Below, piece by piece: positions 57,824 to 64,000 of a DNA stretch of 64,000 bases. Position 1 is the stretch's first letter. The number at the start of each line of letters is the position of its first letter. Source of the stretch: Lepidodermella squamata (lineage: Eukaryota; Animalia; Gastrotricha); the NCBI GenBank assembly GCA_047495785.1, contig JBLDXI010000007.1, forward strand, positions 806,001-870,000, in the 5' to 3' direction. The notes beneath the pieces are model-generated. The model worked only from the letters and a program-made list of their open reading frames with translations, had not been told where the DNA came from and searched no databases. The translations under genes were made by a program, and so were the position numbers.

Positions 57824-57995
57824 TATTTCACAAAATTCTAAAAAAACCAAATTATACAAATTAAAAAAATTAAAATATGAGCGATTCGGCAGGCCTTAGG
57901 TAACTTTATTTAATGCGTGGAAAAATCTGAAAAAAGCAAAACGAAATTTCTCAGTTCACTTGAAACTCATCCAGTTATTTGGCATGTTACACGCG

Positions 57996-59075
57996 TTAGT
58001 TGTTCGATATTTTGATGGCTTTTTCCAAGATTTCAATAATACCATTGTCGTCCCTGTTGATGTAGTAAATCTCGGCCAATTCCAAAGGGGTCAGATCATC
58101 GCTGCTCTTCAAATTCGGATCAGCCCCGTGTTCAAGCAACAAACGAATAGCATCCGGGCGGCCTTTCAGAACCATTTTGTGCAACGGCTTCAATACACGA
58201 GGCTTCTTTTTCAGTTCGTATTCCATATTACGACACAATTTGTGTTTCACTCTTCCATTGTGTAGCCAGCCACTCGATTCGTCGCACGCTTCGATTGGAG
58301 CATCTTTGGGGAGCTCCTTAATTCTCGTTGATTGGATATTACAATCAACATTCGGATCGGCTCCTTTTTCCAATATCAATTTCATCCTCGGCTCAGGTTG
58401 TCGATGATCCATGGCGAAGAGCAAGGCCGAATAGTCACCCTTATTTGACCCCAAAACGTTAGCTCCTTTTCCGACCAGTATCGAACAGTTTCGATTTTCT
58501 GAGTTTTCACGGCCGTCATTAACAGAGTGTTTTTCATAATAATCCGTCAAATTGACATCTAGCGCGGCGTCGATCAAAGCGTCGATGATTTTTGAGGAAC
58601 GCTTTTGTCATACAAAACTCTGAGGAGGCTATTAGCGATTTCAATTTTTTCGAATTTCAGAAGAATTCCATGTTCCAGTAACACATTGACCGCCGCAGGA
58701 TTCCCAACGGAGACAGCTGTTGCAAAATTTCGAGGATCAAATCGAGAAAAAATCGCAAAACTTCTTTTGGAATGTTCGGCCGATTGGCCGTTCGGAGCCG
58801 AATTCGCGAATGATTAGCCTTTGCCAAAAAATCGTGACTCTAAAGAAAATTTCCCCGCCTAAAATCAAGATAAGAGGAAAATTATCCGATAACTGAATAG
58901 TTGGATCGATAAATAGACCTTTCGCAAACCAGATTTCAACATTCAAACAGCTGGCGGTATTTAGATGAAGAAGTATCTCGATCAAAACGTCGCGTTGTAA
59001 GTGGGACATGGGATCAAAACCAGTTGCAACGTCCTCATGGGCACATCGGCCCTGTAAACAATCGCCCTCTTCCAT
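57996..59075 (-). pseudogene. F-box/ankyrin pseudogene, unit 12 (internal deletion plus frameshifts)
   Basis: F-box DPMSHLQRDVLIEILLHL and the start of exon 2 (FWQRLIIREFG) run into mid-ANK sequence (FATAVSVGNPAAVNVLLEHG) in another frame; exons 3-4 are missing. Confidence 0.75.
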
Positions 59076-59269
59076 TATCGATCCGCCAAATGATCAATTT
59101 TCAAAGTAGAATCTAAAAATCCCGTTCAGCAGAAAATTTGCAATGGGGTTAGCAAATCGGGAGAATCCTCTCCAATATAAAATGGTTTCATTAATAATGA
59201 TAATGCCTCCTGGATTGCATCCAGAAAATAATCGCTGAGAATCACGCCTAATCTCCTATTTCTCCCATA

Positions 59270-59606
59270 AGCTTATCCCCTAAGTCGCAAAACAATTTTT
59301 CAATTTTCTTAATTTATACCTACCGGGAGAATGTCCCTTCATTATTTGCGAATTTACTGAACAAATTTGCGGGAAAAAACCCGGAAACCCCCTGGCTCGG
59401 TAATTTTCGGCATTACAACCGGTTAGACCGAATTTCTCCGGATTTTTTTCCTCTCATTGACAAGTGGCATGCCTGATCATTCTCGTAGCATTATGCATTT
59501 TTTCAAGATTTTTCTGGCTGTTCTCCTCTCCTCTTCTCCTCTCATTTTACTTTCTGATCCCTTTTCCTTGTATTTTCTTTGTTTATGTTAGTTATGGGAC
59601 ACGTTG
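59270..59606. mobile_element. Diverged inverted copy of the 22897-23253 MITE
   Basis: Right end TGGGACACGTTG-TA; internal sequence matches the reverse complement of 22897-23240; left TIR decayed. Confidence 0.7.
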
Positions 59607-60096
59607 TATCATTCATATCGACCCGACTTCATGTTCCATTGCCGCTATCACTCAGCATCTCAGCAGTTAACTAGGACTCAAAGATTTCGGGAATTTTATA
59701 CAATTTACAACTGAAAAAGGGGAGCACAGGAACGAAAATCAGGAACGGTCATACTGCTAGTAGTAACGCCAACTATACGGAAAAATCCTAAATCTCTAAC
59801 AAATAGATTAGGCAAAGGTGTCTCAAGGCATTTTGTAAAAAATCGGTCGCTTTATATCAAGTTAAACCAGCGCATCCACTTGAAACTTGGATGAATCATT
59901 AAAATGCAAGAATTATAATCAGCCTCAAAAACCAACAGCACCTGACGTCGTAATAATTGTTGAATGATTGCCATCAGGTGCCAAAAACATCAATAAATTC
60001 GATTAAAATGTTTGAACGCAACCCAGTAAAATAGTGAATAGAATAATCATAATAATATTAGAATAAAACGATGAATAAAGATGAACAATAAATCGG

Positions 60097-61532
60097 CTAT
60101 AAAGTGCCTTCATGATTCGCGCCAGACTTTAACAATAAATTTTGAAAAGATTCTCCAATTTTGAGATCCACAGCCAGCTTCAACGCAGATTCGCCGCTGT
60201 TATTAACCGCGTTGACATTCGCGCCTTTCGATATTAAAAACGAGGCTGCTTCCAAGGATCGAGTTTTAACAGCAATAATTAACGGCGTGTTGCCAAAAGC
60301 GTCGGTTTTATTCACATCGGCGCCGTTATCAATCAGGAGCTCGAGTAGGGACTTTGAACATGGCTGGCAAAGCACCAACAACGGTTGGCCAGTTCCATCG
60401 ACCATATTCGCATCGCCTCCTTTCTCCAGAAAAACGGCAGTCGATGTCATAAAATGATTCCGAGTCGCAAAAATGAGTCCTTCCCTCAACAGAACGGCGT
60501 TGTTGTTGAAAAATACTTCCAAAATATCGCGATTTTGCTTCGAAATAGCCGTTGCGAGTGGGGTGTTGTCGAAACTTCGACTGAATAACGGAGCATATGG
60601 TTGGTAAGCCAATCGAGGATTCCTCCTTAAAATCGACTCAATAATTTGCACATCGCCATATGCTGCTTTTTGATTCAACGACCAGGCCTTGAAAATTAAT
60701 GCTAAATTACTGGAAAAGTCAAATAATGCAGAAACAAACAAGTTCAAGAGTTGAGCCAAAACTCGGCATGAAAAGTCGCATTTCGACCTTATTCACTCGC
60801 CTATCAGGAACAACAAAACGAGCCCCGCAAGGGTAAGATCGAAGGTACATCCACTCGCCATTATTCTAAAAATGTAGAAAAATTCCGCAAAATGCAACGA
60901 TAAAAAAGCTGGACCTACCAGCTTTGGCCCCAAAATATTCAGCTCTTCGTCCAGGTACAAAAAATTGTCGGTACCCTCGTAGATAGGCATTTTCAAAATA
61001 TCAAGTGCCTGAATTTCAAAATATTTTTCCATCACAATTTAACAGAAAGAAAACGAATTCTAACCTCAGGACAACGAGAGGGTAATTTTAGCATCCACCA
61101 TGACGCGTGATAACAAGTTCGAACACAGGCAATAGGCGACAAAGGGTCGTTAACAAATTCCGGGAAATGCGACTTGACGGCGGCAGTGAAATCTTCCAAC
61201 GAGCCATGACCATGAAAATCGTAAATAGTTCGGCGATTTTCAGGCTTGTAAAACGGCCGGAAAATTTTGTTATCGCAGAGATCCGCCCTGAGTCGATCCA
61301 AGGCGCCGCCGATACTCAAAAATTTAGCGGCTCGATCGGCGCCGAATTCGAATATGATGAAGCCTTCCCAAAAGTACCTGCTATCAATAAATTCGTGCCA
61401 TTTTCGGCTGACGGCTTTGCAAGTTTTGAAGATGTCTTCATTGCCAAGAAGTAGAAGAATACGAACGGCGATATGCGACGGTAGCCGCAATAACAGGTCT
61501 CTAGGGCATGCTTCAAAATCATTGGAGGCCAT
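60097..61532 (-). CDS. F-box / middle domain / ankyrin protein, unit 13 (4 exons)
   Basis: F-box LLRLPSHIAVRILLLL continues without an intron into WHEFIDSRYFW; exon SYPCGARFV...FMPSF; ANK exon starting AWSLNQK. Confidence 0.83.
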
Positions 61533-61734
61533 TAACTCAACTAAATTAATAATTAAAAAAATTGAAACAATAAGAAGGACTTTTCCAATTTTCATGGAAG
61601 TAAAAAAACTGATAAGTATTTAATGATTCCTCATTCCACAGTGGTAATAAGTAGTAAAAATGAAAGAAGCTTATACAGACAGGTCAACAAAATAATAATA
61701 CACCGTCAGATACAAACAAGCTCAACAACATTAA

Positions 61735-63407
61735 TTAGCTTCGAAAATTCTTCTGCGAATAAGATTTCAACAAATCAATGATATGGGACTCATTTGCATA
61801 ATAAACCGCGTCACTTCCGTCTTCGTTAACCTGACCTACATCGGCACCTCGGGTCAACAGATAGACAATCGAATCCATTTCGCATGATTTAACAGCTTTG
61901 ATCAGCAAAGTATCGCCTAATCTGTCGATTTCATTGATATTCGCCCCATGTTCAACCAGCAAATCGAGAGAAGACGATCGAAATCCGTGGATTTGATGGA
62001 AAAGTCCTTGGCTCAACAGAGACAGCCCATCAATAGCTCGAGCATTAGGATCGCCGCCATTTTTCAAATAAATTCTCACGACTTCGGTCGAATTGCGCCG
62101 AAGCGCATAAGCGGCAGCATTTGGGGTGATAACTCCGCCATGATTGCATATGGACTCGAGAATTCTGTAGTTATTCCGCCAAACTGCATGAGCTACAGGG
62201 CCGTGATTAAAGCTGAAATCGCCATGAGATTCAAGGTTGAAATCGTAAAATGGCTCCAAGCCATAAGCAACAACAATTTCAGGGTCTTGCTGAAGGATTT
62301 CATTAACACCATTCTCGAATCCGCGAGAAATATTTTTACACAAATTAAATCTCTGCAAAATGAAAAACGTAAAAAAATATGAAAAATGGGTTCATTACAT
62401 ACCATTGAGTTAATTCGAAACAGACTTGGGAGAACAAATCGCAGAGAGAGTCCTATTAAATCGTGGCTCCAGGCTATGAATCGAACGCCAGTTGGATAGT
62501 CAGTAACGCCTCGGAACAAATTTAGAGCGTAACGCTGAGCTGTATCGCTTAATGGAAACTACGTTTCACGAAAAATTGAAATTTCCTCGAAATTTAGAAA
62601 AAATGACAATTACCGTGATTTTTTGAAGTTCGCGCAAATCTTTATCAAGTAAATAAATTGACCGATCGCTACCCATGACCATCAAAACTTTGATTTGCAT
62701 AGGAATTCGCAGGTCATCAATAGCCTTAAATATTCTGTTCTTGAAAAATATTTCTGAAATAAAAATGCAAACCTGATATAGACCAGATGGGATTTTGTAG
62801 AGCCACCAGCAATTGAAGTGTTCTTTATTGCTGACAAATAGCTGGTTGATATCAGCATCATCTCGCGTTGTATGTGGAAATGTTTCAACGGTGACGCGCA
62901 AAAATTCAGCCAAGCTCGGGTCACTAGACCCATCGGTGTCTTCGGCGGTGTCACGGTAATTCTGTGACGCGAAAACTACGGTTGCTTGCTTTTTCGAGGC
63001 TTTGTCCAAGAAATTGGGCCGAAAAACTGCCCCGAATTGCAACTTGGATCTCAACTGATGAAGAGCAGTTGCTGATGACAGAAATGTCCTAGCCCTAGCC
63101 GAATCAAATTCTCTAAAAACCAGGTCTTGAAAAAAGTAATCGCTGGCTAGATAGGCGCTCCATCTAAAATCGAAAATTCATTTCGAATAATTTTGAAAAT
63201 TTGTGCAGAAAATACTTACGCTTTACAGACCAACGAACAGTTGAGGTACAAATCAGAATTTCGGACCAGCAAAAATATGTGCTTTCTCAATTCCGGAGGT
63301 AGAGCGAATAAAATATCGAACGATTCCGAATGATCAAAATTTGACGACTTTGAAGGCGGAGAATCAGGGTGACAAGCATTCGAGATGCTACGCTTTCTAT
63401 TTTCCAT
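61735..63407 (-). CDS. F-box / middle domain / ankyrin protein, unit 14 (5 exons)
   Basis: F-box ILFALPPELRKHIFLLV; exon 4 DYPTGVRFI...VLPSL; ANK exon starting RFNLCKNI. Confidence 0.83.
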
Positions 63408-63575
63408 CAATTTCAGTTCAGTGGTAAAAATCAGTTCGTCATTTAAAATCAATCTAGGCATAGGTAGAGAGTGAGCGCTTTATTCAAATTATAACATCGA
63501 AATGAGCATATTATGATAAAAATTCTTCGATTGCACAAGAAAGCTCAACAATTGATTTGAAAAAGTAAAAAATGA

Positions 63576-64000
63576 TTACTGGTTAGTATGAGATTGCAAA
63601 AGCTTCCGAATTTCATCCTCAGGATCCCACTTAATCGCGTAGTCCAACGCGGTGCAACCATCCGAATCCTTGACATTCACATCAGCTTTGCGTTTCAACA
63701 AAACCTTGATCGCTTCTGCATTACGTCGCCTCGTGGCGATGATCAGCGCAGTTGATGTAGCTCCTTTGCCAAGACTACACACCGTATTCGGATCGAGACC
63801 AGCTTCAAAAATGGCAGCGTATCGGGAAACAGGAGCAAAATTAAGCATGTTTTTTCCTTTCTTGTTGACGCGGCTCAAATCAGCCCCGTGGGACATTAGC
63901 GCCCGTAACGGGTCAATTATCGAATAATCCGCAGCTTTCATAGCCAAAGTATCGCCATTTACATCAGTCTCATTAACGTCAGCCCCAGCAGATATCAGAG
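63576..64000 (-). CDS. Ankyrin-repeat last exon of unit 15 (gene continues beyond the window)
   Basis: GADVNETD, TALIIA, ADVNVKDSDGCTALDYA; same strand and spacing as the other units. Confidence 0.7.
   Translation of the reverse strand, partial: LISAGADVNETDVNGDTLAMKAADYSIIDPLRALMSHGADLSRVNKKGKNMLNFAPVSRYAAIFEAGLDPNTVCSLGKGATSTALIIATRRRNAEAIKVLLKRKADVNVKDSDGCTALDYAIKWDPEDEIRKLLQSHTNQ

Noticed and set aside
30990-63927. Recurrent plus-strand ORFs containing LTSAP-like motifs
   Set aside because: Antisense shadows of ankyrin GADVN codons, not genes.
28771-64000. Endosymbiont or giant-virus origin of the F-box/ankyrin array as contamination
   Set aside because: Genes have conserved spliceosomal introns and share repeat families with the flanking animal genes; ancient transfer is not excluded but cannot be shown here.
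1-64000. CRISPR arrays, rRNA, prokaryotic operons, species assignment
   Set aside because: No repeat-spacer arrays or rRNA motifs seen; the taxon cannot be determined beyond a compact-genome animal.

Overview
Eukaryotic (animal-like, compact invertebrate-type) genomic DNA with short (~50 nt) GT-AG introns; no prokaryotic features and no CRISPR array. The left part (1-23 kb) holds a secreted Ig-like gene, three tRNA-Leu(TAG)/tRNA-iMet cassettes, two tRNA-Ser(AGA), a U1 snRNA with an atypical Sm site, an intronless TPR/SET-like gene, two intronless GABA-B-like class C GPCR paralogs and a 13-exon nAChR-like Cys-loop channel gene. From 15 to 27.5 kb there are four tandem degenerate-ankyrin/SOCS-box genes; one has a 4.5-kb intron that contains a tRNA and a whole antisense GPCR gene. 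From 28.8 kb to the end is a head-to-tail array of at least 15 units of a mostly 5-exon gene: F-box, an unassigned middle domain and a C-terminal ankyrin-repeat exon. It includes an ANK-less unit, a pseudogene and a unit lacking intron 1. The two arrays form a ~49-kb cluster of putative cullin-RING E3 substrate adaptors, the best candidate for an undescribed system. Interspersed are piggyBac- and Tc1/mariner-type non-autonomous elements, Crypton-like and Harbinger-like relics, a Penelope-like relic and two minimal hammerhead ribozymes. Gene models were spliced by eye, and internal exon limits are approximate unless stated.
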